DNA from: Candidatus Thorarchaeota archaeon
GTDB taxonomy: Archaea > Asgardarchaeota > Thorarchaeia > Thorarchaeales > Thorarchaeaceae
Direction of reading: 5' to 3'
Length of the DNA stretch: 58,285 nt
Assembly (NCBI GenBank): GCA_011364985.1
Contig: RDOC01000008.1
Location: 1-58,285, forward strand
Positions 24,451 through 34,862 of this stretch are shown here, piece by piece. The notes under the pieces were generated by a model. It was not told the origin of the DNA and searched no databases. It saw nothing but the letters and a program-made list of their open reading frames with translations. Positions within the stretch are counted from its first letter, which is position 1, and the number at the start of each line of letters is the position of its first letter. Made by a program: the position numbers and the translations under genes.

Positions 24451-25224
24451 TCAGAGGTCTGTTCGAAGAAATCCAATGGTGCGAGCGAAGAGATCATCCA
24501 TGAATCTATCATCGCTTAGCATAGGATGGCGAGCCCCCTCAATAATCCATAACTCTTTTCTCTCAGAGGCGAGCCCCTCATAGATTCTCTTCGGACTATC
24601 TGCGCTTACTACTTCATCGTCAGATCCTTGAATTATGAGGGCAGGACATGTGATATTCCTCAGGGCCTTCTTGAGTCGCTTCAATCCATCTTGCATAGTA
24701 AGCCCTAAGGAGGATGGAATCCAATCATACCCGATCCACCCCTTCTCTCTCAACCAGTCCGGTACAGGAGCTGGATATCTCTCCGGAATAGCTCGCCGAA
24801 GACCCGGTATCTTACTAATGACAGGAAGAAGTGGCAGAAGTCGGTTGCGAGTGCTCATCGGAGCGGCCCAAGTTACTAACGTATCAACCTCCTCCCTCTC
24901 CGACGCCAGAAGCAGAGCAATGAGTCCACCCATGCTGTGCCCTACAACGGACACATATTCACATTTCTCTAGTAGTCTGTTGAGTCCGCTATAAGCGTCT
25001 GAGAGCCAATCATCCAAGGTAACTCCGATTAAATCTTCAGGCTTTGTCCCGTAACCTGTCAATGATGGTAGCCAGACCGTCATGCTTGTTTCTTCATGAA
25101 GGCGGTTTGCAAAACCCTTCAGGTCCCATGTTGTGCCTCCACCTCCCCCATGAAGCAGAAGGCATCCTTTCTCATTTCCATCGATGAAGAGCGGTTCAGC
25201 CCCTTGAAGGAAGTCCCTACTCAT
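24451..25224 (-). CDS. Carboxylesterase-like alpha/beta hydrolase
   Basis: GHSMGG, IQGSDDEVV, C-terminal His. Confidence 0.88.
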   Translation of the reverse strand: MSRDFLQGAEPLFIDGNEKGCLLLHGGGGGTTWDLKGFANRLHEETSMTVWLPSLTGYGTKPEDLIGVTLDDWLSDAYSGLNRLLEKCEYVSVVGHSMGGLIALLLASEREEVDTLVTWAAPMSTRNRLLPLLPVISKIPGLRRAIPERYPAPVPDWLREKGWIGYDWIPSSLGLTMQDGLKRLKKALRNITCPALIIQGSDDEVVSADSPKRIYEGLASERKELWIIEGARHPMLSDDRFMDDLFARTIGFLRTDL

Positions 25225-26651
25225 TCATTTGCACTCTCCAATCGTCCTGCCTCAAGCTTCTTGAAGTCAGGGTCTATGTCTATATATCGAAGGATGAATG
25301 CAGCTACAAGAAGGAAAGGAGCAAACACAGGTCCCCACCACATGAGCCCCCACAGCTCATCGCCCGTAAGAATGACAGATAACTCCATGAACGCACCAAG
25401 AACAACGGCAGAGGCAGCTTGGAACATGTTAAGAGGCACCCCAATAAATCCAGTGTAAATCCCCGCCCGACTCTTTCCGGTGACCAGCTCATCGACCTGA
25501 GCGATGTCTGCTGGCACAACATAGCTCATCAGGTAGTAGATTGACATCCCTATTCCGACTGGCACAAAGAACATGATGGCAACCGGGGTGTACCCAAAGG
25601 CAGCTCCAAGGTGGCGCAAAATGGGTGTGAGCGGCATGATAATCGCAAGGATGATCAGCCCCATCATCAGGGACTTCTTCTTTCCAAGCCGCCGGATGCC
25701 CAGTAGCCAGAGGTAGAAGCACACTATCGTGGACCCCAGCATTGCAAGGGCTGGTGGGATGAGAGCTTCAATAGTGTCCAATAGAAGCACTTCTTGGATA
25801 AGCCCAACCATCTGTTGAGTCAGTGCAATAAAAGCGAAAGATAGGAATCCAACAGCCAAAGTCCATCCAACGAAAGTGCGATTGGCGATGGCTGTCTTGG
25901 TCTCCTTCTTGAGACTCCGTTTGATTATGGCAATGTCACTCTTCTCTCTGATAACGGTCATGGACGGCAGCATGAATAGCATTGTGATGAAACAGAACGT
26001 GATCAATAGGGTTAGACCGATGTCACTGATAATCGATGGATTCCCCACAAACAGAAGCGGCGTCATGAACCCAAGAATGGCTCCACCTGAGTCTGCGGCA
26101 AAGTTGAAGGTGTTGAGCAAACCTGATACCAGTGGTCTCTCTTCTTCATTGGTTATTTCAGGGAGCCAAGACTGGTGTGCAGTCATCGTGAAAGCATAGA
26201 AGAACTTGAAGAGGCAGAGCAAGATGAAATAGTAGGTAAAGAGAAGTAGCTCCAGAGTGTCATCACCAGTGTTGAGAAACCAGTTGGGCACGAAGAGGAA
26301 GAATCCGGATAGAACGATGCCCGGAGTGCCGATAACAATGAATGGTCTGCGTCTTCCCCAACGTGTTTCCAGAGCGTCGCTATAATAGCCTGTCAACCAG
26401 TGGGTCAGGCCAATGACGAGATAGGATGCTGATAGAGAGATTCCGTTCAGGAACCAGTTCAAGTCGAATCTAGTCCCATATACGTAAAACGCTGTCATGG
26501 TGATCATGGTCATCAGAAAGGATGGACCAAAGCGCCCCATTGCGTATCCGGTTTTCTTCCAAAGCGGGAGCATGAATGTCATCTCCGTCTTGTGTTCCAG
26601 AATAATCATGCTACTAATCAGTCCATCGAAAAGCCCCGAATTGGTTAACAA
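25221..26651 (-). CDS. MFS transporter (GPH/MelB-like)
   Basis: GYYSD..TRWGRRRPF, DELVTGKSRAGIY, about 12 TM; start may be near 26583. Confidence 0.88.
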   Translation of the reverse strand: MLTNSGLFDGLISSMIILEHKTEMTFMLPLWKKTGYAMGRFGPSFLMTMITMTAFYVYGTRFDLNWFLNGISLSASYLVIGLTHWLTGYYSDALETRWGRRRPFIVIGTPGIVLSGFFLFVPNWFLNTGDDTLELLLFTYYFILLCLFKFFYAFTMTAHQSWLPEITNEEERPLVSGLLNTFNFAADSGGAILGFMTPLLFVGNPSIISDIGLTLLITFCFITMLFMLPSMTVIREKSDIAIIKRSLKKETKTAIANRTFVGWTLAVGFLSFAFIALTQQMVGLIQEVLLLDTIEALIPPALAMLGSTIVCFYLWLLGIRRLGKKKSLMMGLIILAIIMPLTPILRHLGAAFGYTPVAIMFFVPVGIGMSIYYLMSYVVPADIAQVDELVTGKSRAGIYTGFIGVPLNMFQAASAVVLGAFMELSVILTGDELWGLMWWGPVFAPFLLVAAFILRYIDIDPDFKKLEAGRLESANE

Positions 26652-27054
26652 CTCATGATTTCGTATTTATACTGAGATTCTTACAGTTGCTTTTTGGTTG
26701 GAAATATCAGATTTGGCGATGCCATTAAACGCCTAGAAGAGAACGGCAATTAGAATTTAATGTAGAATCATTGTGTGAAAATGCCCAATGTAAGTGAGAT
26801 GGGCTCCGAGCTCATAGATTGGCCAAAGGAACTCTTTAAGACCACTGGCTAGATAAGTATTGTTCAAGTGAAGGGCACTTCCAATCATTGAGGCGCAAAA
26901 TAGTTGTTACATATGTCATAGTTCTGATTCCAGTGTTTCTGTCTGTAATCCCTTTACTGAACTTCAGGGATTCGACTTGGAGAGACGCGCGCGCGGATTT
27001 CTAATAATGCGTTAATGCACTTTGTTATATTTGAGGGCATGTGAACAACAATCT

Positions 27055-27570
27055 ATGGACGTTCAGGAGGCCATTCTGAAGAGGAGAAGTATTCGAGAAT
27101 TCAAATCCGAAGCTCTTCCCTCAAATGCTATTGACAGTCTTCTAAGAGCTGCCATGGCTGCACCTTCTGCTGGAGATCAAAGACCTTGGCAATTCATTGT
27201 GGTAACAAAGCGTGAAGGCATCGATGCTATAATTGAGGCTTATCCGTATGCGAAGGTGATCAAGAATGCTCCAGCGGCAATTGTTGTCTGCTTTGACAGA
27301 ACCCTTGAGAAGTATAAAGGATATTGGACTATGGACTGTTCAGCTGCAGTAGAAAACATGCTGATAGCAGCTGCAGGAATGGGATTAGGGTCACTTTGGC
27401 TCTCAGTGTATCCAGAGGAGAAATATCACAATTTGGAGATTCTACACGAAGAACTGAACATCCCAACCACTGCCATTCCGTTCTGCATTGTTCCAGTGGG
27501 ATACATCGCTAAAGAACCTGAAGCAAGAGAGAAATTTGATTCTTCGAGGATCCACCATGAGAAATGGTGA
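27055..27570 (+). CDS. Nitroreductase family protein
   Basis: RRSIREF, APSAGDQRPWQFIVV, GLGSLW. Confidence 0.92.
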   Translation: MDVQEAILKRRSIREFKSEALPSNAIDSLLRAAMAAPSAGDQRPWQFIVVTKREGIDAIIEAYPYAKVIKNAPAAIVVCFDRTLEKYKGYWTMDCSAAVENMLIAAAGMGLGSLWLSVYPEEKYHNLEILHEELNIPTTAIPFCIVPVGYIAKEPEAREKFDSSRIHHEKW

Positions 27571-27783
27571 ATTCTAATCTTCTGGTCGGGTTTGAGATTC
27601 ATATAGTTCGGCTGGATCTCTCCTTCCACGATTTCGCCAAGACTCTCTTCGGTGATGAAAAGGCGCGTTCTAATTCATGAACACGCTGTTCTAATCCATG
27701 GGATTATAGTCAGAACCAGTTTGCAAAACACCTGTCATCATTCAACAATCATAGATGGCTGACAATATCTACGGGGTATTCAA

Positions 27784-28503
27784 GTGGAACAGACCGTTAC
27801 TGACCAAAACGCAGAAGATCAAAAAACAGATTCTTCTAGTGAAACGAGCTGCTGGAGAGACCATCTTACAAGTCTAGTTGCTGCGATACTACCTCTGGCA
27901 TCATCGATTCCCCCATTAGCAACGTGGGGCGTCCTCATGACCATTCCCCTCATTGGATATCTTGCGCTTCTTCTCGTATCTGGCCCAGCGCAGTTTCTAG
28001 AGGCGCTCTTCCTTCTTTTCTTTGGAGGTTTCCTCTGGGAACAGACTATTGCAGTCATTGGTCTTGCTATTCTTGTATCCTCTTTCGTTCACATGAGGCT
28101 AGCAAGGAACGAGGGGCTGATAACATCAGGGCCCTACCGATTTATCCGACACCCTCAGTATCTAGGCGTTATTCTCTTCACACTCACATTGACAACTCGA
28201 AGCTATTGGATAGCAACACACACATTCGGAATGAGCTGGATTTCCCCGAATCTTATGATTGTAGTCTGGTTTGGTACCCTCTTCGCTTATATCATTATGG
28301 CACTAGTTGAGGAACTCCATCTCGCCAAGGTCTTTCCTTCAGATTACTCGCAGTATCGCCAAAGGGTCGGGTTCCTATTTCCCTATGCAAAGACGGGCAA
28401 TCGTGCAGTTGAGATCACTCTCTCCGTCGTGATACCTGCAATAATCCTCTTTGCGATTATTCTCGGAGCAGATCTCCTACTGTTCCCTCCTATGCTGTTC
28501 TAG
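27784..28503 (+). CDS. Isoprenylcysteine carboxylmethyltransferase/PEMT-like membrane protein
   Basis: LITSGPYRFIRHPQYLG, EE..L, Y..Y..RV. Confidence 0.8.
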   Translation: MEQTVTDQNAEDQKTDSSSETSCWRDHLTSLVAAILPLASSIPPLATWGVLMTIPLIGYLALLLVSGPAQFLEALFLLFFGGFLWEQTIAVIGLAILVSSFVHMRLARNEGLITSGPYRFIRHPQYLGVILFTLTLTTRSYWIATHTFGMSWISPNLMIVVWFGTLFAYIIMALVEELHLAKVFPSDYSQYRQRVGFLFPYAKTGNRAVEITLSVVIPAIILFAIILGADLLLFPPMLF

Positions 28504-28520
28504 TAAGAGAAAGCGAGAGA

Positions 28521-28540
28521 GTGGGCGAGTAGTCGCCCAC
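28521..28540. terminator. GC-rich hairpin at a gene end
   Basis: GTGGGCGA-gtag-TCGCCCAC, perfect 8-bp stem downstream of the 28503 stop. Confidence 0.5.
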
Positions 28541-28552
28541 ATTGTTTCTCTG

Positions 28553-28717
28553 CTATCTCTTCTTCAGAAATATCACTAAAATGATTAGAATTACGACCGA
28601 ACCACTGCCGACGCCAAGAAGTAGCATCGGATCCAATCCTATTCCATTTATGGTTTCCGTGGTTGTTCTAGATGTTGTCAGGTATGCCTTTGTGGCTGTG
28701 TATGTGCTTGGACTTGA
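28553..28717 (-). pseudogene. Orphan Thr-rich stalk + TM anchor remnant
   Basis: ...TTSRTTTETINGIGLDPMLLLGVGSGSVVILIILVIFLKKR*, bounded upstream by an in-frame stop. Confidence 0.5.
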
Positions 28718-28910
28718 TTATGCAAGATTTCCAATGCCATCGACGGCTCATCATTTGACCCAGATATGACCGACTGTTACAAGAATCCTTGAAAGTCATC
28801 ACTTCTCATATATGGTTTGAATCATCTATGAGAGTCCTGATGATACAGAAGTGAACCCAAATTCCAGCTGAAGATAAAAGGGCACGATTCTGACCCTGCT
28901 TAGTGACTTC

Positions 28911-30053
28911 ATGATGGACTTGGGATATTGTGAACGGCTAAGTAGACTAACGGGACCAGCTCGATCCGATCCGTACGTCATTGAGCTTTCAATGTGCGAT
29001 CCTCCAAGGTTTGGCTTCGGGCCGGATCCCAGAATAATGGAATCGATTACCCGTGAGGGATTGGAGCAGGGTTATCCCTCGGTGAATAAGGAACTAGTTG
29101 CAGGAATCAAGGAGCGGACCAAGGCCTTTACAGGAGTTTCTGTCGATGATTGTGACGTTGTCGTGACAAATGGCTGTGGCGGGGCCTTTGGTGTGTTGTC
29201 AATAGCCATGAATGGATGGCCCGTCGGCATAGAAACACCGTTCTACTTGCCGACCTATGAATACTTTCGCAGAACGACCAGATTGTGGTATGCAAGATGC
29301 CTGCCATCCCTCGACTGGAGTCTAGATTTTGACTGTTTACGCAAAGAACTGGAGCAAAGAGACTCCCCGGGCGCTCTCTTCTTGGTAAGCCCATCTAATC
29401 CGACTGGTCATCTGCACAGCGAATCAGACTGGCGAAAGATTGTAGACATTGCAGGAGAGTTCAGTCAGGTTATCATCGCAGACGAGGTATATGATGAAAT
29501 GAGTTTTGTTCCGTATACCTCCCTTCTGCAGGTAGCCAAGGATGTTCCGATTATCTACATGCATGGATTTAGCAAGATCTGGCGGGCCCCTGAGATACGA
29601 CTAGGGTACATGATACTCCATGATCCCGACGAACGAGCAACAGGTCTCTTTAATGAAATTGGGACTGTTGCTGCCCTTGGCTTAGGTGTAAATCCCATTT
29701 CACAGACGATAGCGGTCCGGCTCCTGAAGGAGGATCGCTATTATAGGAAGCGTCAATTCGACCAGATCAGAAACCATCGTGACACACTGGTCAGTGCGAT
29801 CTTGAATTCGTCCAATTTGCATACTGTCCCTGCCGGAGGTGCAACCTACCAAATGATAGAAACCCCTTGGAATGACTGGGATGTATGTACAAGATTGCTG
29901 CAGGAGCATAGAACTCTGGTGACTCCAGGAAGTGTTCACGACCCAAACTTGGGTCATAAGTATGTCAGAGCGGTCTTTCTGAATTCAACTGAGAATCTGA
30001 AGAGATTCATTGACCACTTGGATGAATTGGGAAAACTGATGCCTTCTGCGTAA
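28911..30053 (+). CDS. PLP-dependent aminotransferase class I/II
   Basis: SPSNPTG, IADEVY, GFSKIWRAPEIRLGY. Confidence 0.9.
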   Translation: MMDLGYCERLSRLTGPARSDPYVIELSMCDPPRFGFGPDPRIMESITREGLEQGYPSVNKELVAGIKERTKAFTGVSVDDCDVVVTNGCGGAFGVLSIAMNGWPVGIETPFYLPTYEYFRRTTRLWYARCLPSLDWSLDFDCLRKELEQRDSPGALFLVSPSNPTGHLHSESDWRKIVDIAGEFSQVIIADEVYDEMSFVPYTSLLQVAKDVPIIYMHGFSKIWRAPEIRLGYMILHDPDERATGLFNEIGTVAALGLGVNPISQTIAVRLLKEDRYYRKRQFDQIRNHRDTLVSAILNSSNLHTVPAGGATYQMIETPWNDWDVCTRLLQEHRTLVTPGSVHDPNLGHKYVRAVFLNSTENLKRFIDHLDELGKLMPSA

Positions 30054-30208
30054 CACATTGCCTTTGAGCTGTTGCCTTTCGTCTTTTGCAGAGGGGTATC
30101 TTGGTTGACGGACTTCTCAATAAGTGATTTCCAGATCCTTATTATCTATGCATCTGTTTGGTTCGCATCCAATTCCTGGATGAGGGTTCGAGCTGTTCCG
30201 GAGTTGCA

Positions 30209-30634
30209 TTAGAATCTGAGATACTCTCGAACCTTCTTCTCCAAATCATCGGGATTGACAAGAGTCACGCACTCAGATGCCTCGCCTAGTAGCCTCTTGG
30301 CCTCATCATGATACTCCTCTGGGACAATTATGAACACCTGTATATTGTAGGCCTTTGCTCGATAAAGAAGATCGCTAGGTCGAATTCCTCTATACTCGTC
30401 ATCTGTAAGTGGAAGCAATTCCTTAGTGTCTTTCCGCATCTTGAGAGGTGGCATCACCTTGTGAAGGTATCCAATTATGAGGTCAACCTCGTTTGGTTCA
30501 ATCAATGATGCCTCTTTTCCGTGACCGTCCCATTCGTTTGCCAGAGGGAGTGTACAAAATCCATTCGCTACAATTGTTGTAAGCAGTCCTGAGTCTGTTC
30601 CTTCAAAATACCCTACGGTTTTCATTCTTACCAA
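30209..30634 (-). CDS. Hypothetical protein
   Basis: 141-aa ORF with alpha/beta pattern. Confidence 0.6.
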   Translation of the reverse strand: MVRMKTVGYFEGTDSGLLTTIVANGFCTLPLANEWDGHGKEASLIEPNEVDLIIGYLHKVMPPLKMRKDTKELLPLTDDEYRGIRPSDLLYRAKAYNIQVFIIVPEEYHDEAKRLLGEASECVTLVNPDDLEKKVREYLRF

Positions 30635-30750
30635 CTGAATAGTATACTCGATCTTAACTAATAATCCCTTGGCTTTGTGATAGAACTGGTGCAGATGTGT
30701 ATTCTATGGGATGGGATTCTTGCTAAGATTTATAAACGGAAATATCACTA

Positions 30751-30784
30751 TTGATATCAATACCGATGTCGGTATTGATATCAA
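30751..30784. promoter_or_regulatory. Palindromic operator upstream of the PadR gene
   Basis: TTGATATCAATACCGA-tg-TCGGTATTGATATCAA, perfect 16-bp arms, just downstream of TTTATAAA (30729-30736). Confidence 0.7.
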
Positions 30785-30815
30785 ATTGTAATGGTAAGGA
30801 GGTGAAATAACAAAA

Positions 30816-31355
30816 ATGCGCAGACCAAGAACACATAGTAATTGGAGCAGACGAACATCATTTGCTCCGAAGGGATACCTAAGATACCGCGTTCTGAACA
30901 AGCTCAATGAGAAACCCATGTCGGGTGCTGAAATTATCAGAGAGGTTGAGGAAAATACTGGGGGACGGTGGAAGCCAAGCCCGGGTTCTGTCTATCCTCT
31001 GCTTTCTTGGCTCCTTGATTCTGGTTATACACGCGAGATAGCGGACACTGAGGCTGGTATCCGTCGTTATGAGCTGACCGACCAAGGAAAGAAGTTCCTT
31101 GAAGAGCATGAGCAGCGAAGGACGCAAGACCAAGGATCGCGATTCTTTGGGCCGCGGTCTGAAGACTGGGAAGGACCGATGCCAGAAGAGGCACATGAGC
31201 TGCTTGAGAGCTGGCACAGAATGCGACACGCTGGTCACAAACTTCACCAGAAAATCAGAGAGAACTACTCAGAAGCTCTGGTGAAAGAAGCGAAGAAACT
31301 AGTTGATGACTTCGTGATTGCGATAACCCGTCTCACTGAGGATGAGAAGAAGTAG
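30816..31355 (+). CDS. PadR-family transcriptional regulator
   Basis: W.PSPGSVYPLL, RRYELTDQG. Confidence 0.92.
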   Translation: MRRPRTHSNWSRRTSFAPKGYLRYRVLNKLNEKPMSGAEIIREVEENTGGRWKPSPGSVYPLLSWLLDSGYTREIADTEAGIRRYELTDQGKKFLEEHEQRRTQDQGSRFFGPRSEDWEGPMPEEAHELLESWHRMRHAGHKLHQKIRENYSEALVKEAKKLVDDFVIAITRLTEDEKK

Positions 31356-31649
31356 TTATCTCGGTGGAGTGAGAACGCTCGCTTCACCTTCTATATTCTC
31401 TAGAAAACATCTCAATTCTAATCAATGAAGCGAATTCTACATCCGAGATTTGAATGTGTACTTGAGGGAGTTCAAATCTCAGACACGAAGATGATTGTAT
31501 TCCAAAGTCTAATGTTCTACTCCTAAGTTGGAATTGTCGTACTGTTACTTGGAAGAAGCCTAATGTCGTCATGAAGGCGGCATCGTGAAGAAGCAACTTC
31601 TCTCTGCCGCTTCCGAGCGATGCAGCATCTTCATTCAAGTCCTCCATAG

Positions 31650-32426
31650 TCATCTCTTCCAACAAAACCTGCAATACACCACCAGCCCGGTGATGAAAAG
31701 TGCCACAGAAAGTGTTAGCAGAAGACCAAGATCGAGGAGGCTCCATGGGTTATATCCAATGAATTCAGCGCCCAAGAAACGAGTTGCTATCATGTTGTTT
31801 CCTGAAGAAAAAGGACTAATGCGAGCTATCGGCTTCAGCAGATCTGGGAGTTCTGCATAAGGTATGGCTGCACCGATGAAGTAGTTGACGAGGACAATTG
31901 CAACTCCAACATGAGCAGCAGCTGATTCGGTCTTGACGAAACTCCCTACTATTAACCCAATTCCGGCAGCTGCAATCGCAATGAAGGAAGCGATGCCAAT
32001 CGCCCAAAGAAGATCTACCACTGTTATTGTGAATTGAGCACCATAGAGGACGCCCACCACAATGATTGCAGTACTGCCCAAGAATGAAAATCTTATCACG
32101 GTCAAGATTCGACCAATGCTCTCAAACCATGGGCTGACTGGCATTGAGGATAGTTTGGAGTAGAGGCCATGGTCTCTGTCCCCTGCTATTGACCCTGCTA
32201 GGTTACTCACCCCCACGGATGAGATAAGAAGAACGACCATTGCTATTACGGTATATGCTTTCAAACTTGGCATGATTTCAACTGGTACATCTTGAAACAT
32301 TACAAAGGGAAGTAGCAGCAAGAAGAACATCGGGATGAACACGGATGACCCGAAGATAGCTTTGTCACGTAAGAATATCTTCATGGACCTTGACATCGAT
32401 GCTATACTCTGATTTAGTCTGTTCAT
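31650..32426 (-). CDS. ABC-2 type transporter permease
   Basis: Six TM; co-oriented and overlapping with the ABC ATPase. Confidence 0.85.
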   Translation of the reverse strand: MNRLNQSIASMSRSMKIFLRDKAIFGSSVFIPMFFLLLLPFVMFQDVPVEIMPSLKAYTVIAMVVLLISSVGVSNLAGSIAGDRDHGLYSKLSSMPVSPWFESIGRILTVIRFSFLGSTAIIVVGVLYGAQFTITVVDLLWAIGIASFIAIAAAGIGLIVGSFVKTESAAAHVGVAIVLVNYFIGAAIPYAELPDLLKPIARISPFSSGNNMIATRFLGAEFIGYNPWSLLDLGLLLTLSVALFITGLVVYCRFCWKR

Positions 32427-33385
32427 GTAGCTTCACCTCGAATTGACACCTCTGTTAGGTGATAGAACACATCCTCTAGACTCGGAGGTCTCGTTTCTAT
32501 ACCATTCAGTTTGAAACCAGCGTTTTGCAGTGAATGGGCAATCTTTGGAATAAGCTCCATTGGACTATGAGTGAATACCTCAAGGCTCTCACCATTTTCT
32601 GCAACAATGCAATCTTCATCCAGGCTTGCCAAGATCTCCAGTAACTCCTGAGACCTCGGAAGTGCATCAACTAAGACTTTACTTTCCAGACATGCCATCT
32701 CCTTGAGATTCTCCGGACTGTCTTCGATTATTATTCTTCCATCGACCATGAATCCCACTTTGGAAGCTGACTCAGCATCTTCGCCAATATGAGTCACTAG
32801 AAGAATAGTCGTACCTTCCTCACTGATTTCGCGAAGGAGTGACAGAAACTCCTTTCTGACATTGGGATCAAGCCCCGTTGACGGCTCATCGAGAAGCAGG
32901 ACCTTGGCATCTCCTAACAATGCTGTGGCCACCTCGAGCTTCTTTCTCATGCCTCCGCTGTAGTTTGCTACCCTCTTGTCAGCATGCGGAAGCAGCTGCA
33001 TCATCTCTAACACACGCTCGATTCTCTCCCTGACCTGCAACTTGCTAAAGCCTAAGAGACCTGCAAAATACTCAAGGTTCTCTCTCCCTGTGAGGAAGCT
33101 GGAACAGAAGTTATCTTGGGGAACATATCCAATAACACACTTTGCATCACTGTCATCCTTACCCAGGTTATGACCGTGAATCTCCACATGACCTGAATCT
33201 AGAGGATTGGTGCCGGCGATTATGGAGAGGAGAGTGCTCTTTCCCGATCCATTGGGACCCATGATGACGTAGAACTCACCTACTTCAATCTGAAGACTGA
33301 CTTCATTCAATACGCGGGTTCCATTGTAACTCTTGCTCACCCGTTCGAGCTTCACAGAGATTCTTCGATTGGATTTCATGGTCAT
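32423..33385 (-). CDS. ABC transporter ATP-binding protein (DrrA-like)
   Basis: GPNGSGKST, YSGGM, LLLDEP, H-loop. Confidence 0.95.
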   Translation of the reverse strand: MTMKSNRRISVKLERVSKSYNGTRVLNEVSLQIEVGEFYVIMGPNGSGKSTLLSIIAGTNPLDSGHVEIHGHNLGKDDSDAKCVIGYVPQDNFCSSFLTGRENLEYFAGLLGFSKLQVRERIERVLEMMQLLPHADKRVANYSGGMRKKLEVATALLGDAKVLLLDEPSTGLDPNVRKEFLSLLREISEEGTTILLVTHIGEDAESASKVGFMVDGRIIIEDSPENLKEMACLESKVLVDALPRSQELLEILASLDEDCIVAENGESLEVFTHSPMELIPKIAHSLQNAGFKLNGIETRPPSLEDVFYHLTEVSIRGEAT

Positions 33386-33493
33386 AGCAAAGATTCATGT
33401 CCTATTAAGGGGAGAATGAGTTCTGCAATACAGAACAACTCCATGCTCTAAATGCTAGCATACATTACTGATGACCTATGGAAGTGAAATCTC

Positions 33494-34123
33494 ATGGAAG
33501 AGGTTGACAAAGTACTTGAAGCTCTTAGCGTTGTTGAAAGATACGAGGAGTATCTCTTCAGGAGGGCATGGGGACAGGCCCTTGTCGTCATCGGGACAGT
33601 ATTCCCCTTGGGGATGTTCGTTCTTATGAACGCAGATATTCTTGCCGTGCTGACAGGAACAAACGCGGACGTTGTCAGACTATATGCAAACATACTGACC
33701 ATTGTTCTTTGCTGGGGTTTGGTGACATACAGCTTCTTCAATGCTTGGAGAACGATACGGAGAGAACCGGACCAAGAGTCAGGCGGCATACTGCACGCGC
33801 CTCTAATCGCCATAATATGGTTTGTTTCCTTCTTCCTGACTAGCTTGGCACCTGCGGAATTGGCTCTCGTGTCCGTACTCTGGGCTGCAAGTGTGTCGTG
33901 TTTGCTATCCTTCGTGATTCTTCACTTGACTCATTCCCATGACCAAGAAGTCGTTCTTCTATACCTTGGAGTTGTGCTAGGATTTGGTTCATCCCTTATT
34001 CTAGCATTTCAGGATGCGGCAGTGTCCGGAGTTGTTGTTCCCCTCCTCTTCTCGGCATGCTTCATCATTGCAGGATTAACGATGCACAGACGTGCCTCTG
34101 AATCTCTCAAAGCTAAGCAGTAA
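33494..34123 (+). CDS. Hypothetical membrane protein
   Basis: About six TM segments. Confidence 0.65.
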   Translation: MEEVDKVLEALSVVERYEEYLFRRAWGQALVVIGTVFPLGMFVLMNADILAVLTGTNADVVRLYANILTIVLCWGLVTYSFFNAWRTIRREPDQESGGILHAPLIAIIWFVSFFLTSLAPAELALVSVLWAASVSCLLSFVILHLTHSHDQEVVLLYLGVVLGFGSSLILAFQDAAVSGVVVPLLFSACFIIAGLTMHRRASESLKAKQ

Positions 34124-34135
34124 TACCAGTTTAGG

Positions 34136-34477
34136 ATGGGATTCCGACTGAAAGACCCTCTTAACCTATCAAAGAAGGAAAAAGTCTTCCAGTCGCAACC
34201 ACGTTTCTCAATTGTATATCTCCTCTTCCTGAAGAGAAGGATAGGTTTCATTCAGCTCAAGGATCTCCTTGGTCTAACTCCAGGAAACCTTGACCACCAC
34301 CTGAAGAAGTTGGAGGACTCAGGATTGATAAAGACAAGACGCGTGTTGTCTTGGAAACCCCTCGTGATGGTGGAGATTACGTCTGAGGGCGTGAGAATCT
34401 TTCGGGAATATGTGGTGAAACTAAGAGCTCTCCTGAAAGATATTCCAGAGAGACTACTCCGGGCAGAAGAGATTTGA
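34136..34477 (+). CDS. Winged-helix transcriptional regulator (HTH_34-like)
   Basis: LGLTPGNLDHHLKKLEDSGLI. Confidence 0.85.
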   Translation: MGFRLKDPLNLSKKEKVFQSQPRFSIVYLLFLKRRIGFIQLKDLLGLTPGNLDHHLKKLEDSGLIKTRRVLSWKPLVMVEITSEGVRIFREYVVKLRALLKDIPERLLRAEEI

Positions 34478-34862
34478 GCGAATGCCCGAGAACGCAGTGG
34501 TTCGATAGGCTATAAAGATCTACATACTCTGTTTTACAGGGTGGCTCCAGAACCAATAGCAGTCTGGGCGGCCTTATTTCTGCAACCTATGACCAGACTG
34601 TAATCTCTTCGTATTCATCTGAATATTGACAGACTCCATTTTCCTGATCACTGCAGAACCCCTTTGCCTTCTCAAGAGTGAATCTACTCTCATTTTTCTT
34701 GTACCAGCCTTCTGTTCTGTTGGGATGTTTGTAGACAATGTTCTCATTATTCCATCTTCTATTCAGTTCCTTGATTCCCTCCAGCTTAAAGAAACTGATA
34801 ACTACCTCGATGCCGTCTTTCAGAAGACTTGGAAAAGAAACTTGGAAAAGAAGTGGTTGAAA

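Noticed and set aside
26985-26995. Short (CG)n run
   Set aside because: Too short to distinguish from chance.
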